From NCBI GenBank assembly GCA_965240325.2, contig OZ251237.1, forward strand, positions 124,001 through 188,000: DNA of 64,000 nucleotides, in the 5' to 3' direction. The DNA comes from Rebecca billardiae RCC1528 (Eukaryota; Protista; Haptophyta). The translations under genes and the position numbers were made by a program. Positions 12,816 through 24,257 of the stretch are shown one piece after another (positions within the stretch are counted from its first letter, which is position 1; every line of letters begins with the position of its first letter). Under the pieces are notes generated by a model that worked only from the letters and a program-made list of their open reading frames with translations, was not told where the DNA came from and made no database searches.

Positions 12816-13911
12816 TCAGTCGCGCACAAGACTGGCGAAGGTGTAGTTTTTGTCGCCGACGCGCATCATGCCGCCGCGCAGCGAGCGGCGCACGACCTGC
12901 TCGAACTGGCGCCGGTTCGACTCGAGCAGCTGCGCCGCCTCCTTGTTCAGCGGGTCGTCCGCGTTCGGCTCGAGCATCAAGAAGGTGAGGCCGTAGATCA
13001 CCGAGTTGATCGTCAGCACGGGCTTCCAGTCCTCGCGCAGAATGTTGAGGCACACGTGCCCCTCCATGTCGATGTTCGGGTGGTACACCTGCGCAAGGCA
13101 CGGCACGGGCGAGCGCGCGGGCGCGCGGCGGGGCGCAGGGCGCGGCTGAGCCCCCGTGCGCGCGCCGCGGCGAGAACGACCGCGCCATGCCGCGGCGCCG
13201 CAGCAGTGGTGCGCGCACGACGCGGCCCGCGCGCGCGGGGGCCGGGGCCACGCGGCCCGCGCGCACGGGGGCCGGCGCGCGCGCGGGCACGCCGGCCTCG
13301 GCGGCGCACGCAGCACGCACCGTCGTCTCGCAGAGCACCTTGGGCGGGTCGTGCGGATAGGTCGCGGGAACCTTGAAATCAAAGCTGAACTTGCCTCCCC
13401 TGTACATGCCGTCGTCCGGGCTGACGTGCACCTTGAACTCCATCAGGTTGTCCGCGCCCTTGTGGAACTCGAGCTCGACGCCCTTGCTCAGGGTGAGCTC
13501 GGAGAGGTCCTTCTGCATCCGGATCTGCCCGGCGTTCGCCTTGGTCTGCACGAGGTGCACGCGCATGAGCGCGCGCGCGCACGCACGAGCACACGGCGCT
13601 CAGGCAAGCCCTGGCGCGCGCGCGCACGCCCGCGCGCGCGCTCGCCGCACGGACGGGCGTGGCGCGCACCTTGCCCTCCTGGGCCATCTTGGCCTCCTCC
13701 GCCTGCTGCTGCTTGAGAGAGAATAGCTTGATCTGTGCGGAGGGCACGGCGCGGATCGCCGCGGATGGATGATGGGTCGGAGGATGGTCAGCCATCCACG
13801 CGCGCGCCCAGGGCTCCCGGCGCCCGAGCGCGTCCGAGGCGGCGGCGCGAGAACGACGAGGCGGCCCGAAAATGGCGGCCACGCGCACGCCCGCGAATGG
13901 CGGCGTACCAT
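12816..13911 (-). CDS. UBC12: NEDD8-conjugating E2 enzyme Ubc12 (4 exons; the first is only ATG)
   Basis: M|[10 protein letters not shown]-terminus, [46 protein letters not shown]; GT-AG introns. Confidence 0.95.
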
Positions 13912-14194
13912 GGCGCCGCGCTTCCTTCTCCTTCCTTCTCCACGCGCGCGGGGCCGGGGCCAAGTCTCCCTCCACCAGTGGCAGTGGCACCGGCGTGCTC
14001 TTGTAGATCACCGGACCCGCATCGTCAACCGTGGAACCTGAGAAAGATTCCAGAATGGCGGCCACTGCCACTGAAGAACTGCTCACCATTTCACTGCGCT
14101 TGTGAATAAAACACTGCGCGCTTGAAAGTGCGCGAAAGTCGAATAAACCCTCGCGCGCCATGCATGAACTTGCTGAGCACCTTGAGAGCTCCGC

Positions 14195-16012
14195 ATGCGG
14201 CCTGCCTCGCTGATGCATGGGCGCGCGACATTGTGCATGGCGGTCCTCTTCGCGACGCCGACGCGCTCGCGCCCCGCGGGGAGGGTGCTGATCAAGATCA
14301 TCGACGACCTGCCCCCGTGCCCGAGCCCCACCTCCGGCCTCACGGGCGCCGCGCCCAAGACCATCCTCGAGATGGGCGACGCCGTGTACGGCGAGCGGCG
14401 CGTGTGCGCCGGCGACGCCGGCTTCGTCGACAAGCGCGTCGCGCCGCGGGCGTACTGCCTGCGCCTGCCGAACCGGCTCGAGCACATCTCGAACGCGTAC
14501 CGCCTGCCCCGCGAGAAGCTCCAGCCGGGCGTGGTGCTCTACGATGAGAACGCGGCCGAGCGGCTCGCGCTCGCGCGCTGGTGGCGGCTGGCCGAGCACG
14601 AGGGCGGGGCGACGTCCACGCGCTGCGCGGCGGCGGCGGCGCGCGGGGGCGCGGCGCTCGGGCCCGCGTGCGAGCACCCCGACGTCGCCGTCGTGCCCTC
14701 GCCGTACCAGCTCTGCTTCATGAGCGACCAGTCGTTCCTGCCGCGCGTGAACCCGACCGCGTCGACGACGTGCGTGCTGCAGCAGCTGCGCACCTCGTAC
14801 TGGGACGAGGTGCGCGCGCGCGTGTACGACGGGCGCGCGGCGCCGCCGCTGGTGGTCGTGCACAGCGAGTACCAGCCGCTCCACCCGTGCGTCTCCAACC
14901 TGATCGGCAGCCTGTCGTCGCAGCCCGCCGCCTTTGTGGCGCGCGTGCTCGTCTTCTCGATCGAGACCAACCTGCCCACGTCGCTGTACAGCCGCATCCC
15001 GTCGCGCGGCTTCATCGACGTGGTGGCGCGCTCGGCGGCGTTCACCTCGATCCCGGAGGCGTGGACGCGCGCCGGCTGGCGGGAGGGCGCGCCGCTCGAG
15101 CTCGCGCGCCGCCGCGAGCGCGCCGGCTCGGCGGCGGCGGCGGCGGGCGGGCCGCTGCTCGTGCCGGTGCCGTACACCGTCGGCCTCTCGGCGGGCGTGG
15201 GCTGGGAGCGGCCGTCGGGCGCGTTCGGCGCGGGCGCGCGGCCGATCGGCGTGCTGATGCAGGCCGACCCGACGCGCGGGCAGCGCAGCCAGGTGAGCAA
15301 CGGGCGCATCCGCGAGCGCCTCCGTGCGGGCATGCGCGCGGCCGGGGCCACGTGCACAGCCTCGCAGTGCTACCTGTGCACGCCGGCCGCCGAGCGGCCG
15401 CCGCGCGCCTCCGTGGCTTCCGCTTCGACGGGGCCGACGGGCTCGCCCGCTCACCGCGCCAAGGCCGAGCAGCCGCCGAGCGGCGCGGGCTGCCGCGCGT
15501 GGCCCGACCCGTGGAACGCGACCGTGCGCGCGGCGTTCTGCGCGGAGCCGCCGGGCGACACGCCCACGCGCTCGCACCTTGTGGTCGCGCTGCTGAGCGG
15601 CTGCGTGCCCGTCATCTGGGACGGCGCGCACCCGCAGTACAGCCACACCACCTGGTGGCCGTGGCGCGGAGACTCGGCCGAAGACGAGTCCGCGGCGGTG
15701 CCGCGCGAGCTCCTCGACTACAGGGCGTTCGCCGTGGTGCTCGACGCGCGACGTGGCGAGCACGACGTCAGCTCGGGCGAGTGGGCCCGGGAGCTCGCGG
15801 CGATCGCCGGCACGCAGCGCTGGCGCACGCTGCAGCGCAACGGGCAGCGCGTCGCGCGCCTCTTCGCCTTTGCGGGCGCCCGGCCGTGCGGCGCGCGCAA
15901 CGAGACGCAGCGCAACGACTGCGACGCCTTTGGCCGCCTCTACCGCGTCGTGCGCTCGCTGCTCGGCGGGCGCGGACAAGAGCGCCAGCCGACCTCGAAG
16001 CATCCGATATAG
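14195..16012 (+). CDS. Exostosin-family (GT47) glycosyltransferase-like protein
   Basis: FCAEPPGDTPTRSHLVVALLSGCVPVIW matches the GT47 C-terminal motif; VPVPY motif; start uncertain (14195 or 14237). Confidence 0.8.
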   Translation: MRPASLMHGRATLCMAVLFATPTRSRPAGRVLIKIIDDLPPCPSPTSGLTGAAPKTILEMGDAVYGERRVCAGDAGFVDKRVAPRAYCLRLPNRLEHISNAYRLPREKLQPGVVLYDENAAERLALARWWRLAEHEGGATSTRCAAAAARGGAALGPACEHPDVAVVPSPYQLCFMSDQSFLPRVNPTASTTCVLQQLRTSYWDEVRARVYDGRAAPPLVVVHSEYQPLHPCVSNLIGSLSSQPAAFVARVLVFSIETNLPTSLYSRIPSRGFIDVVARSAAFTSIPEAWTRAGWREGAPLELARRRERAGSAAAAAGGPLLVPVPYTVGLSAGVGWERPSGAFGAGARPIGVLMQADPTRGQRSQVSNGRIRERLRAGMRAAGATCTASQCYLCTPAAERPPRASVASASTGPTGSPAHRAKAEQPPSGAGCRAWPDPWNATVRAAFCAEPPGDTPTRSHLVVALLSGCVPVIWDGAHPQYSHTTWWPWRGDSAEDESAAVPRELLDYRAFAVVLDARRGEHDVSSGEWARELAAIAGTQRWRTLQRNGQRVARLFAFAGARPCGARNETQRNDCDAFGRLYRVVRSLLGGRGQERQPTSKHPI

Positions 16013-16075
16013 CAGTCTACTGCCACTCTATGCTATCAGTCACCAGTTCATATATACTCATTCTCTGCTGATTTT

Positions 16076-16950
16076 ACGACACAGGTCTCAGTAGGACGAC
16101 GCGGGTCTCCTGATTCGTCGGCGGCGCCGGCAGTGCCCGATCGTCGACACGAAGTCGGCGTTGGTGGCAGAGCATAGCCTGCACCGCGATCGTAAAGCTC
16201 GAGCGCGGCCTTGAGCTGCTGAAGCGCGATCCACCTGCGCTGCGCGGCTCGCAGATGAGTATGTATGGCTGTATGCGGGGTATAATATTACTCATTCTAT
16301 GATTTAACGACACAGGTAGGACGACGCGGGTCTCCTGATTCGTCGGCGGCAGTGCCCGATCGTCGACACGAAGTCGGCGTTGGTGGCAGAGCATACAGGC
16401 AATCGCGGGCAATAAGAAGTCAGAGATCACACGGCTAGTCTCGGTTTCTTAGCCGTTCGGTAGCCCGAGCGCCTACGGAGTCTCAGTTTCTTAGCTAGGT
16501 CCGCCCGCCGCGCAGGCGCGGGGGGCGCAGGGGGGCAGAGCCCGGCCCCCGCTGAGTCTTTAGGCTATAGGCCGGCGAGGCCGAAGAAAACATTGGGCCA
16601 TCATTTTGGAGCAAATCTGGCACGATGTTGCATGGCGGCTGCGGTGCACTGGCCAGGAGTCAGTCATCAGACATCAGGAGAAGTCTGGACTAGTGGCCTG
16701 TACTCGTAGTCGCGGGCCGCGCGCCGCGTCCCACGGGCCGACTGCGCCTCGGCGGACCACTCGTCAGCCGCGACGACGTAGTCCCGGTTTCTTAGTGTGA
16801 CTATGCGTATAGCGAACCAGCCAATCGCTAGTCTCAGTTTCTAGGCCAGATCCGCAGATAGCAAGCCCCAGTTTCTTAACGTGACAGCTCCTTATTGCCC
16901 GCGATTGCCTGTAGCCTGCACCGCGATCGTAAAGCTTGAGCGCGGCCTTT
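16076..16950. repeat. Local tandem duplication of a unit of about 135 bp (16076-16212; 16306-16395 plus 16914-16950); related fragment at 25905-25955
   Basis: GGACGACGCGGGTCTCCTGATTCGTCGGCGGC...GGTGGCAGAGCATA present twice. Confidence 0.9.
16396..16911. mobile_element. 516-bp MITE, Tc1/mariner-like (TA target duplication)
   Basis: Perfect 21-bp TIR CAGGCAATCGCGGGCAATAAG / CTTATTGCCCGCGATTGCCTG with TA on both sides; empty site GAGCATAGCCTGCACC in the paralogous copy near 16170. Confidence 0.92.
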
Positions 16951-17055
16951 TATTAGTCGTAATCGATCGATTGTTTTTCGGAATTTATTAGGCAGCATCA
17001 TCCAAGATGGCGCCAGAGTCCTCCATCGCGGGGACGATGGCGTGAAGCAAGCGCG

Positions 17056-19623
17056 ATGCTGCAGCGCACTCGCGTCCGCGACGGGACGAGCACGCGCGAG
17101 ACGATGCGCCCCGGCGGAGAGGCCGACGCGGCTGAGCGTGCGGCGCCGCCCGCGGCCCGCGCCAAGCCCGCCGGCCGTCGGCACGGACGGCGCGGCGCGT
17201 GCGCGGCCGCGCTCACGGTCGCGCTCGCGCTGTGGATCGTGCTAAGCCTGGGTGCGCTCAGCCAGCAGCAGCGCGAGCAGCGCGCGCACCTCGCGGCCAG
17301 CAGCGGCACGGCCGAGCCGCCCGCGGCGACGAGCGCCGCGGCCGAGGCTGCACGCGCGGCGGCCGGCCAAGGCGCGCCGAGCGCATGCGAGGCGCAGCGC
17401 GGCTGCGAGCCGTGCATCGCGCACCGCCCGGTGCTCGCGCCGGGCTCGCTGTCGGTGTGCGTCTGGTGCGCATCGGCGCGCACGTGCGCGCCGTACGAGA
17501 AGCGCTCGGGCCACTTCCCGTGCGCCGACGCCGTGCGCACCGGCCCAGGCTACCCCGGAGGCGAGCGGTGCGACAGGCCGGTTGCACCCGCCGACGCAGC
17601 GGCGGCGGCGGCGGCGGCGGCGGGAGCGGCTGTAGGCGGGAGCGGCGGCGGCGGCACCGGCGGCGGCGGTGCTGCCGGCGCGAGTGCTAGCGTCCTCGCG
17701 CCGAGGCGCGCCGCCGCCGCCGCCGGCGCGGCGCCTGCCGGGGGTGCGGCACCGGCCTACTTGTTCGAGGCGGAGGCGGAGGGCGAGCTGCCCTTCGAGG
17801 CTGCGGCGCGCGCGCTCGGCGCGCTCGCGGCGGAGGCGCGCGGCGGCGGCGGCGGCGAGGGCGGCGGCGGTGCCGGCGGCGGCGGCGAGGGCGGCGGCGG
17901 TGCCGGCGGCGGCGGCTGGCAGGCGCGCTCGCCGCCGCGCGTCGGCGCGCGCGGCGCCACCCTCCACCTCACCCGCCCGGGCCGCGCGCTCGCCGACTCC
18001 CTGCTCGTGGGCAACGGCAGGCTGGGCGCCGCCACGCCCGGCGGTGTGCTCGAGGCGGGCGTGTGGCTGTCGGACGAGAGCCTGCTCGGGGGCAGCCACG
18101 CGGCGGCGGAGGCGGAGCGCGCCAAGCTCGGCGCGCGCCGGCCGCACCTGCTCGAGGCGGAGCGCCACCTCTTCTCGGCAGAGCCGAGCCGGAACCTCTC
18201 GGCCGCCGAGCGCGCGGTCAACCGGCTGAGCTCCGGCGGCGCGGAGGCGGGCCGGGAGTACCTCGCGCTGCTGCGGCTGCGGTGGCACGCGCCGCCGCCG
18301 CCGGGCGCGGAGGGGCCGGGGTCGGGCGTGCGCGTGCGCGCGTACGCGCGCGGGCTGCTCACTGAGGCCGGTGTGCTCGGCGAGCGCGCGAGCGTGCGCG
18401 GGCGCGTGCACACGCGCGAGCTCTTCGTGTCGGCCGCAGACGACGTCGTCGTCCTCAGACTCACGTGCGCCGGCGCGGCCGGCGCGGCCGGTGCGGCGGC
18501 GGGGGGCGAGGCGGGCGGCGGCGGCGAGGGCGGGCCCGAGAGTGGCGGCGAGGCCGGCGCCGAGGGCGGCGGCTGCCTCGCGGTCGACGTCGGCATCGAG
18601 CGGCCCGAGGCGAAGCCGCCGCAGCTCGCCGTCGCGACGGGCGGCGGCAGCGCGCGCGCCGGCGCGGAGGGCGGCTGGCTCGAGCCCGCCAGCCTCGCGC
18701 TGAGCGGCGGCACAGCGCCCGCGCTCAGCTACGCGCTGCGCGCGCGGCTGCTCGCGCGCGCGGGCGGCGCCGACGCCTCCGTCCGCGCGCGCGGCGGCAC
18801 GCTGCAGGTGCGCGGCGCGCGCGAGCTGCTCCTCGTGCTCGGCGCCGCCACCAGCGCCAACCGGCTCGGCGCGCCGCCCGAGCCGGCCGAGCGCGCGGCG
18901 GAGGCGGCGGCCGAGCGCGCGTCGCGCGCGCTCGAGCGCGCGCTCGGCGCGGCGGCGGAGGCGGCGGCGGGCGGCGCGGCCGGCCCGGGCGGCGCGGGTG
19001 GCGGCGGCGCCTCGCTGTACGAGGCGCTGCTGGCCAGGCACGTGCGCGCGCACGCGCCGCTCGCCGGCTCGCTCGTCGTCCGCGTCGGCAGCCGCGCAGA
19101 GCACGCCGAGCGCGAGCGCGTGCCGACTGACGCGCTCGTCTCGAGAGTGCGCGCCGCCGCGGCCGCGCACGGCGGCGGCGCGAGCGGCGCGGCCGCGGAC
19201 GTGGCCGACGAGAGCGCGCTGCTCGAGGCGCACGCGGCTCTCTCCGCCCACCTGCTCCTCAGCAGCGCGGTGGGCGCCGCCGCCACGCGCCCGCCCGCGC
19301 TGCAGGGCATCTGGCTCGACGGCACCAAGCCGCCGTGGAAGGACGACCTGCACCTCAACGTGAACGCGCAGATGATGCTCTGGCCGCTCGGCCCGGCGGG
19401 GCTGCTGCGGCCGCCGCGGCGCGCGGACGCGGAGGCGGGCGCGGGCGGCGAGGCGGTGGGCTCGGCGGCGCGCGTGCTCGCCGACTTTTCGCGCGCGCTC
19501 GCCGACGCGGGCGCAGGCACGGCCGACGCGCTGTACGGCTGCGGCGACGGCGCGCCCGCGCCGCCTGCGGGCGGCGGCGCCAGCGGCGGCGTTGGCGGCA
19601 GCGGCGCGCAGCACGGCGGCACT

Positions 19624-19655
<32 letters not shown>

Positions 19656-20356
19656 TGGCGCTGGCTTCGGCGCGCGCCCGTGGTGCGCGCACGGCTTCAC
19701 CGACCAATGGCTGCTCACGCACCCGCTGGGCGAGTCGGTGTGGGCGCTGTGCCCGCTGTGCGGCGCGTGGCTCGCGCTCTCGCTGTGGGACGCGTTCGAG
19801 TTCGGCGGCGACCTGGACCTCCTCGCCACGCGCTCGCTCGGCGTGCTCAGCGGCGCCTCGCGCTTCGCGCTCTGCCGGCTGCACTGCGGCGACGCGCGCG
19901 TGCGCGGCGCGGCCGCGGCGCGCGCCGCGCTCGAGCGCGCGCCTGGCGGCGGCGGCGGCGCGCCGTGCGGCTTCGGCCCGGGGACCTCGCCCGAGAACTC
20001 GTACGTCGCGCCGGACGGGCGCGCGCGGCACGTGAGCCTCGCCACCGCCTTTGACCGCGCGCTCGCCGACGAGCTGTGGGAAGTCACCGCCCTGGCCGCG
20101 GCCACGCTCGCGGCGGCGCCCGAGCACGCGCGCGCCGCGGCCGCGCTCGCGCCATCCGAGCTGCTCGAGCAGCTGCGCGCCGCGCGCGCCGCGCTGCGCG
20201 CGAGCGAGGGCGGGCTGCTGCCGCTCGGGCCGAACGGCACGGTCAAGGAGTGGCTCGACGCCGCCGCCGTCGGCGAGACGGACCCGGGACACCGCCACTG
20301 GTCGCACCTCTGGTTTGTCTACCCCGGCACGCGGCTGGATGCCGCGGAGCGCGCGG

Positions 20357-20396
<40 letters not shown>

Positions 20397-20803
20397 GGAG
20401 GCGCTGCGCGCGGCGGCGCGGCGCTCGGTGCTGCGCCGGCTCGAGCACGGCGGCGCGCACACCGGCTGGTCCGCCGCGTGGCTCGCCGCGCTCTGCGCGC
20501 GGCTCGACGCCGGCGCGGCCGCCGCCCCCGGCTGGGCGCCGTGCGCCGGCCGCGCGCTACGGCACGTGCTCGCGCACTTCAGCTCGCCCTCGCTGCTCGG
20601 GCTGCACCCGCCGATGGCGCCCACGGCCGGCGCGAAGGCGCTCAAGTGCGGCGGGTGCTACACGCGCAAGCCGCCGCGCACGCCGGGCGACGGCTTCTTC
20701 CAGCTCGACGCGAACGCGGGCGCGCTCGCCGCGGTGCTTGAGCTGCTGCTGCAGAGTAGCGCGCGCGCGCCGCCGGGCGCCGAGCGCGGCGGGCGCGCCG
20801 AGC

Positions 20804-20855
<52 letters not shown>

Positions 20856-21204
20856 GTGCGCGCTGCACCTGCTGCCCGCGCTGCCGCGCGGCGAGGGCGC
20901 GTGGGCGGACGGCGCGGCGTGGGGGCTGCACGCGCGCGGCGGGCTGCGCGTCAGCCTCGTCTGGGCGAGCGGCCGGCTCGACCACGCGCTCGTCGAGCGC
21001 GAGTTTGGCGCCGCGCGCGGCCCGGCCGCGGCCGTGCGCGTGTGCCGCGACGGCGGCGGCGGGCAGCGGCTCCGCGCGCTGGTGTCGCGCACTGGGGAGC
21101 CGTGGCCCGCCGAGGCCGATGGCGACGGCTCGCGTGTCGAGCTGCCGCTCGGCGAGCCGATCGAGCTGCGGCCTGCTGCTGCTGGCGGTGAGGCTGCGGC
21201 GTAG
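17056..21204 (+). CDS. GH95 alpha-L-fucosidase-like protein with N-terminal TM anchor and Cys-rich PSI-like module
   Basis: VGNGRLGA, LQGIW, HLNVNAQM, SPEN, HRHWSHL, TGWSAAW, FQLDANAG, LLPALP and GLHARGG motifs in GH95 order. Confidence 0.92.
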
Positions 21205-21209
21205 CTGGG

Positions 21210-21261
21210 CACTCACGGCCGAGGCTCACGGCCGAGGGCCGTGAGCCCTCGGCCGTGAGTG
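21210..21261. repeat. Hairpin built from CTCACGGCCGAG units just after the GH95 stop
   Basis: CACTCACGGCCGAGGCTCACGGCC...GGCCGTGAGCCCTCGGCCGTGAGTG. Confidence 0.8.
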
Positions 21262-21656
21262 AGCCTCACAGGTCATGCGCACCGGGCCGTTATTAGTACG
21301 ACAGCAGCAGCTATGCTGTATAACAGCGACGCGCAGCTTAAGTGAACGCGTAGCAGTCGTCAGATGTCAACTAGCTAGCGCTATAGAAGTCTCACGACTC
21401 TGCTGCTGACTCTATCTCTCGTCATCTACTGCTCACTCTAGCTCTCGATCTGCTCGCTCTCTCTCTCTCTCTCTCTATATATAGCAGTACGGCCACGCGG
21501 GCGGCCCGGTACGGCTCAGATCCGGCCCCACTGCTGCTGCCCGGCTCAGATCCCACTGCTGCTGCCAGCACCCGAGCACGGCGCAGCAGCCACCGCCAGG
21601 TGAGGTCGTGCTGCATCGGCATCATCAGCACATATTACAGCCTGCGCCGGCCATCA

Positions 21657-22723
21657 TCATCCGGACTTCAAGCTGTTAAGCCTAGCCTGCATCGCCTGCA
21701 GCTCGTCGTCGTCGGCACCCTCCGCGACTGCCACGCGCTCGTCGTTGGCTGGCTGCGCTTGCACCGCCTGCGCCGCGGGCTGCTCGACCTGCGCGGCGTG
21801 CGGCGCGTGGCGCGCAGGCGCGTGAGCGCCGAGCGCGCGCACGCCACGCCCGCCTCTCGGCGCCCGCTCGGCGCCCGCTCGGCGCGCGCTCGGCGCGCGT
21901 GCCGCCCGCGCGCGCGCGCGCGCGTGCCTGCTGCAGCGGCACCGAGCCCGCCTTGTCGAACATGGAGGAGGTGAGCTCGGCGAGAACCTTCTCCACCTCC
22001 TCCTCCGCCTCGTCCTCGAGCTCGGACTCGTCCTGGTCCATCGCGTCGTCCACGAGCTCCTCGATCACGCCCGCCTTGACCATCTCCTTCGAGAGGCTGG
22101 TCATCGTCTCGGCGATCTCGCTCACCTTGACGAGCGAGTTCATCATGCGCATCACCTCGGCCGACTTCTGCATGTGGCCCATCACCTTCAGTTGGGCTGC
22201 GCGCGCGCGCGCGCGCGCGAGAGAGAGAGAGAGGGGCAGGCCGGGGCGCTCGAGCGGCGGTGCCGGGGTACCGGCGCGCGATCGGGCGCCAGGCCGGGCT
22301 CCCGCCGCCTGCACGGCGCGCGCGGGCCGCGCGTGCTCGCGCACCGTAGTTCTCCTGCATCTGCATCACGACCGAGTTGAGCTGCACCTTGCTCATCTGC
22401 AGCCGGTTCACGACCTTGCGCGAGCGGACGAGCTCCTTGGCCATCACCTTGGCCGACGCGGTGTCCCCGCGCGCCGCCGCATCCTTGATCGACTTCTTCA
22501 CCTTGACCTCCTCCGCCTGGATGTGCCGCACCTGCCGGTCGAGCTTGCGCGCCTCCGCGCGCAGCTCGGCCTTCCACTTGCGCAGCTGCTCCTTCGGGTC
22601 GGGCGGCTTGGCCCACGGGGTCCACACCTGCGCGCGCGCGGCGGCGGGCGCGTGCGCCGCGTCAGGCCGCCGGCGCGCCTGTGGTGGAGGCCTGGGCGCG
22701 GGCGGGCGTGAGAAGCCCACCAT
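21657..22723 (-). CDS. VPS24: ESCRT-III subunit Vps24/CHMP3 (4 exons)
   Basis: PDPKEQLRKWKAELRAEARKLDRQ, AKELVRSRK, LNSV.MQM, MQKSAEVM, LSKEMVKAGVIEE, C-terminal MQARLNSLKS. Confidence 0.95.
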
Positions 22724-22857
22724 GCTGATGGACCAGGCGGACAAGCAAGTTCTGCACCGGACTCGCGAGGGCATCGGCCGGAGTCCCTGTTCGGCATTCG
22801 CCCGATTAGTATTTTGGCCGGGCCGGCCGCGTGGACGAACACGAGAATTGCCCAGCC

Positions 22858-23906
22858 ATGGCGACTGCAGTCCTCGTCCTCGCGAGCCTCGCGATGCGCG
22901 GCGGTCCGCTCGCGGCGCGGCCACGCGTGGGCGCGGCGGCGGCGCCGCTGCTCTGCCGGCCCGTCTCGCACGCGCGCGCCGCGCTCGGCGCCGGCGCCGC
23001 CTCGGCCGGCGGCTCCTCCTCCAACCTGTACCGCATGTTTGGCATCTCGGAGGACGCGGCGTACGACGAGATCATGGCGGCGTACGAGAGGCTGTGCACC
23101 AAATTCGCGGACGACAAGAAGCAGCTGATCAAGCTCGAGGTCTCGAAGGACCGCATCCTCGAGGACCGCCTCCGCCGGCGCATGAGCGGCACGCTCCAGT
23201 CCAAGGTGGTCGAGAGCGAGTGGGACCGCGCGCAGCGGACGCGCAAGAAGAAGCCGCTCAACGAGTACCTGCCGGCGTGGATGCAGCAGTTCATCGAGAT
23301 CCCGGACGAGGAGTTCGCCGGGAGCATGGCCACCATCTTCGGCCTCCTCACCGCCATGCCGCTGCTCGTGCCCACGATGGCCTCGACGGTGCGGTTGCGG
23401 CCGAGCCTGCTGCAGAATGCGTGCGTGCTGAGCGTCTCCGCCACGCATCGCACTCATCCGCACGCGCGCGCGCGCGCACGCGCGCACGCTTGCCCGCAGG
23501 CGATGGTGGTCGGGTACCTCGTCTCGAACGGCGTGCTGTACAACCGCGGGATCCCCAAGCGGACAGAGGACGACGGCCGGCCCGCCAAGCTCAAGCCGCT
23601 GCTGATCACGCTGGCGATCACGTCGGTCCTCGGCGGCATCGGCTTCAGCATCGGCGTCACCATCGCCTCCAACTTCTTCGCCATGTCGCAGAGGGTGCGC
23701 GCGCCGCGCGCGCAGCGGGAGCAGCAGCCGGGGGAGGCGCGCGCGCGCGAGGGCGTGCGCCCGAGCCGCTGGCCCCACGCGCGACGCCCGACCCTCGCGC
23801 CGCGACCCGCGGCCCGGCGGCGCAGGCGAGCGGCGTGATTGGCTCGTTCACGGCGGTGGGGCTCGGCGTGGCCGCCACCTTCTTCAAGGTGCAGGAGGAG
23901 CTCTGA
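22858..23906 (+). CDS. CPP1-like (chaperone-like protein of POR1, DUF3353) plastid membrane protein, 3 exons
   Basis: Signal/transit-like N-terminus; J-like NLYRMFGISEDAAYDEI..DRILEDRLRRRMSG followed by TM helices. Confidence 0.8.
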
Positions 23907-24257
23907 GCAGTACGAGTCGACGTGCGGTGTGACGGGCCACGCGCGGGGGGCGGGCGCACGACCGCAGGCAGCTTGCGCCGAGTCAGGCCTGGCAGCACCT
24001 GTTCGTTCGAAGACCTTTGCTGCCGAGGTGCATGGCCACGCGGAAGGTGCATGGCCACGCGGAGCTCCGCGACGGGTGTCAGGCCGTCGCGGGCCTCATG
24101 AGGCTGACCGCTGAGGTCCTCGGCGTGGGCAAGCGTCGGTCTTTCGAAAAAATATTGCACTGCGCACGAATTTCCAAGCTGGTAACTATGCATGCAAATT
24201 GTTGCCGGCGACGACGGCTGGGATCCGCTCGCGCACTCACGCGCGAATCACCGCACG

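Noticed and set aside
14195-21204. Glycan-metabolism gene cluster (GT47, GH95, distant GT54)
   Set aside because: These are common families and there is no evidence of linkage beyond adjacency
24025-24064. Short tandem duplications (also 21510-21565 and 37698-37755)
   Set aside because: Ordinary slippage duplications with no further structure
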